Below, one piece after another: positions 39,025-48,564 of a stretch of DNA of 64,000 bases (positions are counted from its first letter, which is position 1; every line of letters begins with the position of its first letter). The stretch lies in the sequence record SRR20825006_1225; one strand, 5' to 3'. Position numbers and translations under genes: made by a program. Under the pieces are notes generated by a model, which saw nothing but the letters and a program-made list of their open reading frames with translations, did no database searches and was not told the origin of the DNA.

Positions 39025-40104
39025 TTATCCTTCGCTCATCTCATTAAGACGCTCAAGATTATCTTGAACTCTTAAGGCATCAATCACCTCGTGGATATCG
39101 CCTTTCATAATGTTATCTAAATTATACAACGTAAGATTGATACGGTGATCGGTGCAGCGACCTTGAGGAAAATTATACGTTCTGATTTTAGCAGATCTAT
39201 CACCACTAGAAACTTGGCTTTTACGTTCTGCCGCTCTTGCCTTATCCTTTTTCTCTAGCTCTATATCGTACATTTTAGCTCGCAACATCACCATCGCTTT
39301 ATCTCTGTTCTGATGTTGAGACCGCTCTTGTTGACACTCAGCCACAATTCCTGTAGGAACGTGAGTAATCCTGATTGCAGAATCAGTTTTGTTAACATGC
39401 TGCCCTCCAGCTCCACTTGCTCTAAACGTATCTACTCTTAAATCTGCGGGATTAATTTGAACGTCAACCTCTTCCACTTCAGGTAAAACTGCAACCGTTG
39501 CCGCTGATGTATGAACTCTCCCTTGGCTTTCTGTTGCAGGAACTCGTTGTACGCGATGTACTCCCGACTCATATTTCATCTTTCCAAAAACTTCGTTGCC
39601 CTCTAACGAAAAAGTAATCTCTTTATACCCACCCTTCTCTGACTCATTGATGCTAATCATACTCATTTTCCATCCTTGATCATCAGAATATCGGCGATAC
39701 ATGTCGAATAAATCTCCAGCAAAAATTGCAGCCTCATCACCACCTGTTCCCGCACGAACTTCAATAATCGCATTTTTTGAATCTTCTGGATCTTTGGGTA
39801 CGAGTTTTATTTTTATATCCGACTCTAGCTTTGCCTGATCTTCTTTTATCTCCTCATTCTCCATCTTCGCCATCTCGGTAATTTCAGGATCTTCATCCAT
39901 AGCGATAAGCTCATCATTCCCTTTTTTACGGCTCTTAAAATCCATCCAAGTGTCGTAATCTTCAACAAGTTCCTTAAGACTTCCATGCTCTTTTGTAAGC
40001 TCTGTATACTTTTTAGGGTCATCAAAAACACCAGGATCGCTCATCGCTGTAGTTACTTCTTCGAACCGAGATTTAATCTGCTTTAACTTTTCTTCTATAT
40101 TCAT
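39025..40104 (-). CDS. prfA: Peptide chain release factor 1
   Basis: PxT motif '[14 protein letters not shown]'; '[10 protein letters not shown]'. Confidence 0.97.
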   Translation of the reverse strand: MNIEEKLKQIKSRFEEVTTAMSDPGVFDDPKKYTELTKEHGSLKELVEDYDTWMDFKSRKKGNDELIAMDEDPEITEMAKMENEEIKEDQAKLESDIKIKLVPKDPEDSKNAIIEVRAGTGGDEAAIFAGDLFDMYRRYSDDQGWKMSMISINESEKGGYKEITFSLEGNEVFGKMKYESGVHRVQRVPATESQGRVHTSAATVAVLPEVEEVDVQINPADLRVDTFRASGAGGQHVNKTDSAIRITHVPTGIVAECQQERSQHQNRDKAMVMLRAKMYDIELEKKDKARAAERKSQVSSGDRSAKIRTYNFPQGRCTDHRINLTLYNLDNIMKGDIHEVIDALRVQDNLERLNEMSEG

Positions 40105-40258
40105 GAATGGGCTGATACTCTAAAATTATTACTCTTCTAAACTAAGAATTTCTTTACTCAGATTAGAATGCAGGTTTTGGAATATAATATTGTTTTGAGT
40201 CTTATATTCTTAATTCGAAATTCATTACTCATTATTCGTACTTTTTAAAGAAAACTTC

Positions 40259-41419
40259 ATGCCTTTAAACTCAATACCTGCCAAGCTCAAGCTTGGATTT
40301 CTCGGTGCCGGACAATTAGCCAGAATGAGCGCTTTACAAGCATTCCGTTTTGGTATTCAAGTAGGAGTATTTTCTGATCGATCAGAGAATGAGCCTGTGC
40401 AATTCATGACTCCCTTTTCTCATTCCGGATCTTTTGATTCTGTAGATGATATGGTTCAATTTGCTAAGGAATGTGATGTTATTACACTTGAGAATGAATT
40501 TATCAGTTCTGAAATTCTCCAAGAAGTGCAAGACAAGAGCGGGACTCCGATTTTTCCATCACCAAAAAGTTTCGCACTTATTGAGAACAAACTCATCGAA
40601 AAGCAGACTTTTGAAAATGCAGGTATCCCAGTAACACCTTATAAACTTGTTACCTCTAAGGCTGACTTGGAAGAGTTTGGTAATACCTATAGCTGGCCTT
40701 ATTTGCTAAAATCATCTAAAGGTGGATATGATGGATACGGAAATAAAACTGCTAGAAATTTAGAACAAGCAATGCAAGGCTTTGATGATTTGGGCGGAAA
40801 TAATGGACGAGATATTTTAGCCGAAGCTTTTGTCCCCTTTACGAAAGAGCTAGCCGTACAAGTTGCTCGAAATGAACACGGCGTTGTAGTTTACCCCTGT
40901 TGTGAAACCGTTCAAGAAAATCATATCTGTGTAGCGGTACTATCTCCGGCTCCGATTGAAGAAAAATTTCAACTGAAAGCACAAGAATTAGCTGTTAAAG
41001 CAATTGAAGCGATTGATGGAAAAGGTATTTTCGCTTTTGAATTTTTCTTAACGGAAAATGGCGATGTTCTACTAAATGAATCTGCTCCTCGTCCGCATAA
41101 CTCAGGTCATTATACCATTGAAGGGTGTATAACCTCTCAGTTTGAAAATCATGTGCGCTCTGTTTTAGGCTTGCCATTAGGTTCTACAGAAATGACACAA
41201 CCTGCTGCGGTAATGATTAATCTACTGGGAACTCACAATCGTCCCGCTGAAGCTGATCATATTCTGCAAAGCCTATCTGAGAAGAATGGTCATCTGCATG
41301 TGTATGGTAAAATTCAAAGTAAAGTTGGCCGAAAAATGGCGCATTATACGCTGCTAGGTGACGATTTAGATAAGACTTTTATGGAAGCGACACATTTAAC
41401 TGAATCTTTTCAGATTTGA
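40259..41419 (+). CDS. purK: N5-carboxyaminoimidazole ribonucleotide synthase
   Basis: 'GAGQLARM', 'GGYDGYG', 'NESAPRPHNSGHYT', 'SQFENHVR', 'GRKMAH'. Confidence 0.95.
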   Translation: MPLNSIPAKLKLGFLGAGQLARMSALQAFRFGIQVGVFSDRSENEPVQFMTPFSHSGSFDSVDDMVQFAKECDVITLENEFISSEILQEVQDKSGTPIFPSPKSFALIENKLIEKQTFENAGIPVTPYKLVTSKADLEEFGNTYSWPYLLKSSKGGYDGYGNKTARNLEQAMQGFDDLGGNNGRDILAEAFVPFTKELAVQVARNEHGVVVYPCCETVQENHICVAVLSPAPIEEKFQLKAQELAVKAIEAIDGKGIFAFEFFLTENGDVLLNESAPRPHNSGHYTIEGCITSQFENHVRSVLGLPLGSTEMTQPAAVMINLLGTHNRPAEADHILQSLSEKNGHLHVYGKIQSKVGRKMAHYTLLGDDLDKTFMEATHLTESFQI

Positions 41420-41506
41420 TGATATTCTATTCCCCTGAATATCAGTATCTTGCATATAACCTTATTAGCTGAAAACTCACAGTTAGTATTATGTAGATAT
41501 CACAAA

Positions 41507-44314
41507 ATGAATAAATATTTTCTGTTTTTATTTCTAATTCTTCCGGAATTGATTCATGCCCAAATTATTTCAAGTAATGGAAATCTTATGGGTGAGTTCA
41601 TCAATTACGAACAAAACTTAATGCCCATTGAAGATTCGGAAGCTTTTGTAGTTCCCGATTCACTTCAGCTAAAACAATGGAAAAGAATGATGACTCTTTT
41701 TCTTTCAGAATCTTATTCAGAAGCTGAGGATAGCTTAAGTACCCATTTCACTAATTATGAAATGGTTCTTCTAACAGATACTTCATTTGTAAACCGAACT
41801 TATTATTTAATCCGTGAGAAAACACCACTAGTTTATGGTTGGGGATTATTTGTTTCGGACCCTGACTATCAAAGAGATGCAATTGTTGCTGTTCCTCATC
41901 CCCTTTTCGACTCTTACACCCCACAAGAAGGTGTAAACCTTTTCCAATATTTAGGGGCTCGTGTAATGACAATGGCAGGCACTCACCGATGTGCCAACGA
42001 TGAAGAAGCTTTTAGTGACGGAACGACTAGCGTTTGTAGTGAGTCAAAAACTTCTGAGAAGTTTAAAGTATCCGATATGGCGCATTATGATAGTAGTGCT
42101 TTTCAAATCGCTCATGAAGCAATTAAGGAGCTTTCGACCAACGTGTATGCTATCAGTGTTCATGGCCATGCTGATTCAGACTGCGAAGATGTGTTTTTAT
42201 CAAATGGTAGATCTGATGACCCACAAGCATCACTTCAGACTTTGAGAGATAATTTAATAGCCAAAGGAGTTGATGCCGCCATGACGGGAGATGGCTCTTC
42301 GTGTACACTAGCTGGTACTACCAATGTGCAAGGTAGATATTTGAATGGTTCGAACAACCCCGCTGATGACCAACCAATTAGTAATACGGGATATTTCTTT
42401 CACATGGAGCAAGGTCAAGATATTCGCCGATCATTTGATGGGCATAAAAAAGTAATTGATGCTTTTGCTGATTTAATACCTCGAGTTTTTAGCACCTTTA
42501 CTATTCCTGAATACCCTTCTTTGATTTTCAATGAGATTCATTTTAATCCAGCAAGCGATGCAAATAATAATGGCAGTGTTGGTAGTGTATCAGATGAGTT
42601 TCTCGAAATCATTAATACAGGAACTAAAGCTATTAATTTAGACAATTGGATAATTGCTGATTATTCTTCCGATAGACATGTGGTTCCTGCTACAACAAAC
42701 CTCTTACCAAACCAAGCTTTGTTGGTTTTTGGGCAGAATAGTTTTGAAGGTTCTTTTGGAGGAGCTACCGTACAAGCAGCCTCTACAAATGCTCTGAGCC
42801 TTAGCAATTCAGGTGAAAATATTTATATCAAATCACCTGCTAACGATATCATCACCATGTTAGATTATCCTGGTGATGTGAGTGGGGAATCCATCACTTT
42901 AAATCCAGATATCACAGGAACTACATATATTGCTCATTCAACAGCAGACGTTGATGATGGTTCTTTTTTTTCTCCTGGAACAAAAATAAATGGTGACCCT
43001 TTTCTACCTTTTATAGAAATATCAGGAGATGCAGGTTGGCGAATGATGGCTGTACCAACTCAAAAAATGCCCATTTCTGACTTAAACAATTTCACTCCAG
43101 TTCAAGGCTTCGGAGATGGTTTTACTAGGAATTTATATAGCGGTTGGAACGGAACAGAATGGGAATACCCTGGCTCTATAAATGATTCTCTCCAAAATGG
43201 AGAAGGTTTTATTTTCTACTTTTATGATAACGATAATGCCGAAAGCTCGACATTGCCTATTACTCTTCGTGGTACAGGGACGGTTCCATCTTCTGATGTA
43301 GAAGTTGATTTACATACTAATGGCGACAAATGGAACTTAGTAGGAAATCCCTTTGACAAGCCAATAAATTTTGGCTCTATATCAGTGTCTGGAGGTGCCT
43401 TAGAGAGTCTTGTTGGACAAGTATATGATCCTACAATCGATAATTATGTTGTCACAACATCTTTAGGTGATTCGATTTCATCTTGGCAAGGTATCATGAT
43501 TCAAAATGCTTCTGCAAGTAGCGTTACGTTTCCAATTTCATCTATTATTAACGAGGCTTCTTTTCTAAAAGAAGCACCAAAAGACAGGGCTTACATTGTT
43601 TTCTCATTAACAAACAGCGACCAAACTATTGGTGATGAGATGGTTCTATTCTTCTCTAATAATTCCACCTTTGATTGGGATTCAAATGATGCTACTCAAT
43701 TACCATCGCTCTCAAATTCATCCGTTCAATTCTCTGCTATATCTAATCGAAATGATACAGAAACAGTTCAAACACAGTTTTCCCTACCACTAGATTTCGG
43801 AAGTTCTTTTGAAATTCCTGTTCGCATTACTCGTAACAATATTGGTTCACAACTAACTCTTCGTGTTAAAAAGATGCTCAATATTCCGGAAAACACATCA
43901 TTTGAATTAGTAAGTAACGACGGACTTATTCACGAAAACCTATTGCCTGATAAAGCATTGAATATTACGGTTGCAGACGCCATCACAAATACGTACTCCA
44001 TTTTGGTACAAGCTTCAAGTAGCGTGGGTGTTGAACATGATAGAGATCAGCCTAATGAGTTTATTGTATCCCAAAACTATCCCAATCCTTTCAATCCTGA
44101 AACTACCATTCAGTATTCTATTCCTAAAAGTTCTACGGTTTCAATCCAAATTTTTAATATTCAAGGAGCTTTAATTTCAGATTTTATAGACTCCAAACCT
44201 GCTGGTATACATTCATATAAATTTGATGGTTCAGGATTAAGTTCAGGCATATATTTCTATAAAATATCTACATCATTGGGTTTTAGAACTGGTAGAATGG
44301 TTCTTCTTAAATAG
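41507..44314 (+). CDS. Secreted multidomain protein: putative metallohydrolase domain + lamin-tail domain + T9SS type A-like sorting domain; ATG at 41507 preferred
   Basis: Signal peptide 'MNKYFLFLFLILPELIHA-Q'; 'VPHPLFD', 'SDMAH', 'SVHG', 'FHMEQ'; LTD 'FNEIHFNP...DEFLEIIN'; 'QNYPNPFNP...SSGIYFYK'. Confidence 0.75.
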   Translation: MNKYFLFLFLILPELIHAQIISSNGNLMGEFINYEQNLMPIEDSEAFVVPDSLQLKQWKRMMTLFLSESYSEAEDSLSTHFTNYEMVLLTDTSFVNRTYYLIREKTPLVYGWGLFVSDPDYQRDAIVAVPHPLFDSYTPQEGVNLFQYLGARVMTMAGTHRCANDEEAFSDGTTSVCSESKTSEKFKVSDMAHYDSSAFQIAHEAIKELSTNVYAISVHGHADSDCEDVFLSNGRSDDPQASLQTLRDNLIAKGVDAAMTGDGSSCTLAGTTNVQGRYLNGSNNPADDQPISNTGYFFHMEQGQDIRRSFDGHKKVIDAFADLIPRVFSTFTIPEYPSLIFNEIHFNPASDANNNGSVGSVSDEFLEIINTGTKAINLDNWIIADYSSDRHVVPATTNLLPNQALLVFGQNSFEGSFGGATVQAASTNALSLSNSGENIYIKSPANDIITMLDYPGDVSGESITLNPDITGTTYIAHSTADVDDGSFFSPGTKINGDPFLPFIEISGDAGWRMMAVPTQKMPISDLNNFTPVQGFGDGFTRNLYSGWNGTEWEYPGSINDSLQNGEGFIFYFYDNDNAESSTLPITLRGTGTVPSSDVEVDLHTNGDKWNLVGNPFDKPINFGSISVSGGALESLVGQVYDPTIDNYVVTTSLGDSISSWQGIMIQNASASSVTFPISSIINEASFLKEAPKDRAYIVFSLTNSDQTIGDEMVLFFSNNSTFDWDSNDATQLPSLSNSSVQFSAISNRNDTETVQTQFSLPLDFGSSFEIPVRITRNNIGSQLTLRVKKMLNIPENTSFELVSNDGLIHENLLPDKALNITVADAITNTYSILVQASSSVGVEHDRDQPNEFIVSQNYPNPFNPETTIQYSIPKSSTVSIQIFNIQGALISDFIDSKPAGIHSYKFDGSGLSSGIYFYKISTSLGFRTGRMVLLK

Positions 44315-44386
44315 TTGCGTATTTTTGCTTAGTTTCTGCCATCAGAATAAGAGCAAGAACCGTTTTTAACTTCAAACTTTTCGTAA

Positions 44387-44872
44387 ATGAGTAAACCAAT
44401 AGTTGGCGTAGTAATGGGTAGCGATAGCGACTGGCCTACGATGAAACAAGCAACCGACATTTTAGAACAATTCGGCGTTCCTTTAGAAAAAAAAGTAGTA
44501 TCCGCTCATCGTACCCCTAACGACATGTCTGACTATGGTGAAACTGCTCGAGAGCGCGGTTTAAAGATTATCATAGCAGGGGCTGGTGGTGCTGCTCACT
44601 TACCAGGCATGCTTGCTAGCCATACAACACTACCAGTAATAGGTGTACCTATTCATACCTCTGCCCTAGGTGGCGTTGATAGCCTCTACTCTATTGTACA
44701 AATGCCAAATGGAATTCCTGTTGCCACCGTAGCTATCGGTAAAGCTCAAAACGCAGGATTACTTGCTTTACGAATGTTGAGTATGACAGATGAAAATATT
44801 GCTAACAAGCTGGCCGAATATCACGCACAAATGGCGGATGATTCTCGAAAAAAAACAGCTAATCTGAAATAA
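44387..44872 (+). CDS. purE: N5-CAIR mutase
   Basis: 'VMGSDSD', 'VSAHRTP', '[12 protein letters not shown]', '[14 protein letters not shown]'. Confidence 0.98.
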   Translation: MSKPIVGVVMGSDSDWPTMKQATDILEQFGVPLEKKVVSAHRTPNDMSDYGETARERGLKIIIAGAGGAAHLPGMLASHTTLPVIGVPIHTSALGGVDSLYSIVQMPNGIPVATVAIGKAQNAGLLALRMLSMTDENIANKLAEYHAQMADDSRKKTANLK

Positions 44873-44884
44873 TTCGTACTAAGA

Positions 44885-45526
44885 TTAATCAACTCGCTTT
44901 ATAACTAACTCACCAAAAGTGTTTAAAGAGCTACTTCCAAAGTCTATAAACTGAATAGGCTGTTTTGGATTGGTAACGTTGTTTGCTGAAGTAAAATCAA
45001 CACCACTATCAGTTCCAGCATCCAAAGCTAGAAGAGGAAGCGTTAGCTCACTAACCCACTCTTGATTTTGAATCAGGTTGATATTATTCACACCTACAAA
45101 CCAATCTGGGCTGGGAGCAATCATACTCAGAGCTGTGAGAAGCGGATACTCTTCATCTAGTTCAATAGTTATTATGGCTGAATCTGGAAGACTCAATAAC
45201 TCAACACTCTCTAAATATACATCTGCTTGCCCCAAGGTTCTGGCTTGGTCAACTTCATTTTTGAATACACTGTTAGCACCAATCTCGGCAATATTCTGTA
45301 TTCCTAGCGAAGACAACTCCCCCAAGTTCCAGAACTCTACATCTGAATTATGAGAAACTGCAACAAGCTTCGAAAAATGTGCTCTAGTAGGGAAATGATT
45401 TGGATGAGTGGAACTACTCCATGTTGCATTAAATGAAATAGTATAGGTAGCGGTGGACGGAAGCTGAGGGGCACTGCTACAATTCAGACCTATCAACACC
45501 CCAAATATTACTATGATACGCTTCAT
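44885..45526 (-). CDS. Spondin_N-domain lipoprotein
   Basis: Lipobox-like 'GLNC'; 'ATYTISFNATWS', 'AHFS', 'SMIAPSPDWFVG', 'DAGTDSG'. Confidence 0.88.
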   Translation of the reverse strand: MKRIIVIFGVLIGLNCSSAPQLPSTATYTISFNATWSSSTHPNHFPTRAHFSKLVAVSHNSDVEFWNLGELSSLGIQNIAEIGANSVFKNEVDQARTLGQADVYLESVELLSLPDSAIITIELDEEYPLLTALSMIAPSPDWFVGVNNINLIQNQEWVSELTLPLLALDAGTDSGVDFTSANNVTNPKQPIQFIDFGSSSLNTFGELVIKRVD

Positions 45527-45694
45527 TTATTATTCCATGTTGATGTGTTCGAGATACCTTTCTGCATTTCTTTCATTAACGTAATTAAACAACAAAAATT
45601 GAATCTTTATTCAAAGAAATAAAAACAATAGTCTATCCTATTTATTCAAGCAAAACACACAAATAAAATCACTGTTATATAAATCAATAAAAAA

Positions 45695-45725
45695 TTTGCT
45701 AAACCGCTAAATAAGCGTACTTTTA
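45695..45725 (+). promoter_or_regulatory. Bacteroidota-type primary-sigma promoter (-33/-7) for the RRM gene
   Basis: TTTG (45695-45698), 19 nt, then TACTTTTA, close to the TTTG-N19-21-TAnnTTTG consensus. Confidence 0.55.
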
Positions 45726-45821
45726 GATTGGATTGATGATGAACTCTCGACTACGGTATTAAACTTACAGCTCTTGGTTTCTTTCTCTATCCTTAATTAA
45801 GTTTAACCAGATTTAGATGAT

Positions 45822-46106
45822 ATGAACATTTACGTAGGAAACCTAAGTTATGACGTTTCCGATGACAATTTACGAGAAGTATTTGAAGCTTACGGTGAAG
45901 TAAGTTCCGCAAAAGTAATTACCGACAAATATTCTGGCCGCTCAAAAGGCTTTGGTTTTGTTGAAATGGCAGACGATGCACAAGCAACAGCTGCAGTTGA
46001 ACAACTTGATGGTGCAGAGCTTGATGGCCGCCCAGTTCGTGTAAACGAAGCACGACCACGCGAAGAGCGTCCAAGAAGAGATGATAATCGTCGCGATCGT
46101 TATTGA
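45822..46106 (+). CDS. Single-RRM RNA-binding protein
   Basis: RNP2 'IYVGNL', RNP1 'KGFGFVEM', 'VNEARPRE'. Confidence 0.95.
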   Translation: MNIYVGNLSYDVSDDNLREVFEAYGEVSSAKVITDKYSGRSKGFGFVEMADDAQATAAVEQLDGAELDGRPVRVNEARPREERPRRDDNRRDRY

Positions 46107-46124
46107 TCCTCGAAACATTTTCTT

Positions 46125-46158
46125 AAAAGCCATTTCTTTCCGAAATGGCTTTTTTTTT
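46125..46158 (+). terminator. Intrinsic terminator of the RRM gene
   Basis: AAAAGCCATTTC-tttcc-GAAATGGCTTTT plus T-run. Confidence 0.9.
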
Positions 46159-46290
46159 GCTTATAGTTTTTTACCGAAATACATTTGTCCGGAATTGTAT
46201 AGTAACATAATTGGATATTCTGAGTAAACTGGAAGTATCCAGAACTAGTTAAATTCTATTTCACCAATTACTGAACAAAGGAGATACACT

Positions 46291-46617
46291 ATGATAATGT
46301 CGACCACCAATAATTTAGATGGTAGAGAAGTACAAAAATATTTAGGGATAGTTTCAGGGGAAGCAATTTTAGGAGCAAATATATTCAAAGATTTTTTTGC
46401 TGGGATAAGAGATATTGTAGGTGGGCGCTCTGCCGCTTACGAGAAAGAACTTCAAGAAGCTCGAAGAATAGCATTTGGAGAAATGGAAGAAAAAGCCTCA
46501 CGAGTAGGTGCTAATGCAATTATCGGTATAGATATCGATTATGAGACTATTGGCGCAAATGGAAGTATGCTAATGGTTACCGTATGTGGAACTGCTGTTC
46601 TAGCTGATAAAAAATAA
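46291..46617 (+). CDS. UPF0145/YbjQ family protein
   Basis: '[18 protein letters not shown]...[11 protein letters not shown]', '[13 protein letters not shown]', 'GTAV'. Confidence 0.92.
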   Translation: MIMSTTNNLDGREVQKYLGIVSGEAILGANIFKDFFAGIRDIVGGRSAAYEKELQEARRIAFGEMEEKASRVGANAIIGIDIDYETIGANGSMLMVTVCGTAVLADKK

Positions 46618-46625
46618 ATCTAAGA

Positions 46626-46663
46626 AACTAGGTACCTATGTAAATCTAAGGCACCTAGTTTTT
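46626..46663. terminator. Hairpin between the convergent ybjQ-like gene and dnaJ
   Basis: AAACTAGGT...ACCTAGTTT followed by Ts. Confidence 0.6.
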
Positions 46664-46676
46664 ATAAACTTAATTG

Positions 46677-47852
46677 CTAGCTAAACACATCTTTAATCTT
46701 AGAAAAGAATCCTTTCTCTTCTTTATTTAGATTTTTAGGATCAAAATTCTCAGATCCTCTTAAAGACTCAATCGCTTTGCGTTCCTTGTCTGCCAGCTCT
46801 CTTGGCATATAAACATTCACTCTAAGCAGCTCGTCGCCTTGCCCCGAGTTATGCAAGCCGTTAATGCCTTTGCCTTTCATACGAAGCAATCTACCTGGCT
46901 GTGTGCCAGCTTCAATCTTCAACTTGGCTTTGCCTTTAAGCGTTGGAACTTCTACTTCTGTGCCTAGTACTGCATCTGGCATGCTCAGGTTTAGATTATA
47001 GTAGATATTGTTTCCATCACGCTCAAAATACTCATGTTCTATTTCTTCAATTAGAACAATAAGATCTCCAGCTGCACCACCACGTCGCCCAGCGTTTCCC
47101 TGTCCTCTTAATGTGATGTAATTTCCGTTAGAAACTCCCGAAGGAATGTTAATTTTAACCGTTTCTTCGCTTTTTGTTCTTCCTTCACCAACACATTTTG
47201 TACATTTTTTCTTAACTATTCTACCCTCACCATGGCAAGTTGGACAAGGTTGAACATTTACCATTTGGCCTAGAATTGTTCTCGTAACCTGACGAACTTC
47301 TCCCATTCCATTACATGTGTTACAGGTTTCAAAATCTGAATCTGTTTCGGCTCCAGTACCTGTACATTTATCACAAACAAGATACTTCTTAATCTTTAGC
47401 TTTTTCTCTGTTCCAAAAGCAATTTCATCAAGTTTAAGTGGCATTCTTATCTTCATATCAGAGCCAGGTGTACCAGGTTGTCTGCCTCCTCTTGATCGTC
47501 CACGACCTCCCTGCTCTTCACCAAAGAAACCACTTCCAAAAATATCTCCGAATCGGCTAAAGATATCGTCAAAGCCCATTCCGTCAAAATCGACTCCGCC
47601 TCCGCCGCCGAATCCTCCACCGCCGCCATTTACTCCAGCATGACCATATTGATCATAACGAGCTCTTTTTTGAGGGTCACGAAGTATCTCGTAAGCTTCA
47701 GCAGCTTCTTTAAATTTCTTTTCAGCTTCTGCATCACCTTTATTTCTGTCAGGATGATATTTCATCGCCATCTTACGATAAGCCTTTTTTATATCAGCAT
47801 CACCTGATCCTTTTTCAATTCCTAATACTTCGTAATAATCTCTATTTGTCAT
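46677..47852 (-). CDS. dnaJ: Chaperone DnaJ
   Basis: J-domain with HPD, G/F-rich region, four CxxCxGxG repeats. Confidence 0.98.
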   Translation of the reverse strand: MTNRDYYEVLGIEKGSGDADIKKAYRKMAMKYHPDRNKGDAEAEKKFKEAAEAYEILRDPQKRARYDQYGHAGVNGGGGGFGGGGGVDFDGMGFDDIFSRFGDIFGSGFFGEEQGGRGRSRGGRQPGTPGSDMKIRMPLKLDEIAFGTEKKLKIKKYLVCDKCTGTGAETDSDFETCNTCNGMGEVRQVTRTILGQMVNVQPCPTCHGEGRIVKKKCTKCVGEGRTKSEETVKINIPSGVSNGNYITLRGQGNAGRRGGAAGDLIVLIEEIEHEYFERDGNNIYYNLNLSMPDAVLGTEVEVPTLKGKAKLKIEAGTQPGRLLRMKGKGINGLHNSGQGDELLRVNVYMPRELADKERKAIESLRGSENFDPKNLNKEEKGFFSKIKDVFS

Positions 47853-47857
47853 TGTAT

Positions 47858-48406
47858 TTACTCGCTTACAATTACTTTAGCATGGCTAATAGTTTTGTTG
47901 CCCATTTTATATCCTCTTTCAAGAATTTGAAGAACAGTATTACTTGGCGTTTCATCATTTGGTGCTGGTTGACGTAATAATGCATCGTGTAAATTCACAT
48001 CAAAGGGAACGTCAATTGCATCAATTGTTTCGATATTATTCTTACTAAATATCTCGCTAAATTTATTAGCTACAAGCTTTAACCCATCTAAGAAATTAGC
48101 ATCAACATCCATTTTAGCGCTAGCGTCTAAGGTGCGAAGTAAATCATCATTTACTACCAAAAAGTCTTCTAAAGCAGAAACTTTTGCTTCTTCATACAGC
48201 GCTACTCTTTCTCTTTGCACTCTTTTTCTAACGTTTTCAAGCTCCGCAGCCTTACGTAACAACGAATCCTTAAGCGTTGCAACTTCTTGCTCTAAAGCCT
48301 GAATTTGCAACATTTCTCCACTTTCTTCGCTTTCAATTTGTTCTGTTTGATCTACTGTTTCCTCAGAAACATCTTCCAGCTCTTCTTTTTTGCTTTTCTT
48401 GCTCAT
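47858..48406 (-). CDS. grpE: Nucleotide exchange factor GrpE
   Basis: '[13 protein letters not shown]', 'FDVNLHDAL', '[16 protein letters not shown]'. Confidence 0.95.
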   Translation of the reverse strand: MSKKSKKEELEDVSEETVDQTEQIESEESGEMLQIQALEQEVATLKDSLLRKAAELENVRKRVQRERVALYEEAKVSALEDFLVVNDDLLRTLDASAKMDVDANFLDGLKLVANKFSEIFSKNNIETIDAIDVPFDVNLHDALLRQPAPNDETPSNTVLQILERGYKMGNKTISHAKVIVSE

Positions 48407-48443
48407 TAACGCTTTAAATTATTTTCAAGTTTTTCGTACTTAG

Positions 48444-48459
48444 TGCAAATAGTATGCCA
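48444..48459 (-). promoter_or_regulatory. Sigma54-type -24/-12 promoter of grpE-dnaJ
   Basis: Minus strand TGGCATACTATTTGCA with exact GG-N10-GC spacing, 37 nt upstream of the grpE ATG. Confidence 0.65.
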
Positions 48460-48509
48460 TTAAGAATTATAAAATGAAGAATGTCATTCTTACGGAAAAT
48501 ACCAGCCAT

Positions 48510-48542
48510 AAAAAAACCCACCAATTAGTATTGGCGGGTTTT
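48510..48542 (-). terminator. Intrinsic terminator of the TonB receptor-GDSL operon
   Basis: Minus strand AAAACCCGCCAAT-acta-ATTGGTGGGTTTTTTT. Confidence 0.85.
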
Positions 48543-48564
48543 AGTTTGATAAATTAATAAACTG

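Noticed and set aside
38764-39075. 103-aa ORF spanning the pckA-prfA junction
   Set aside because: Out-of-frame overlap with pckA and runs through a terminator.
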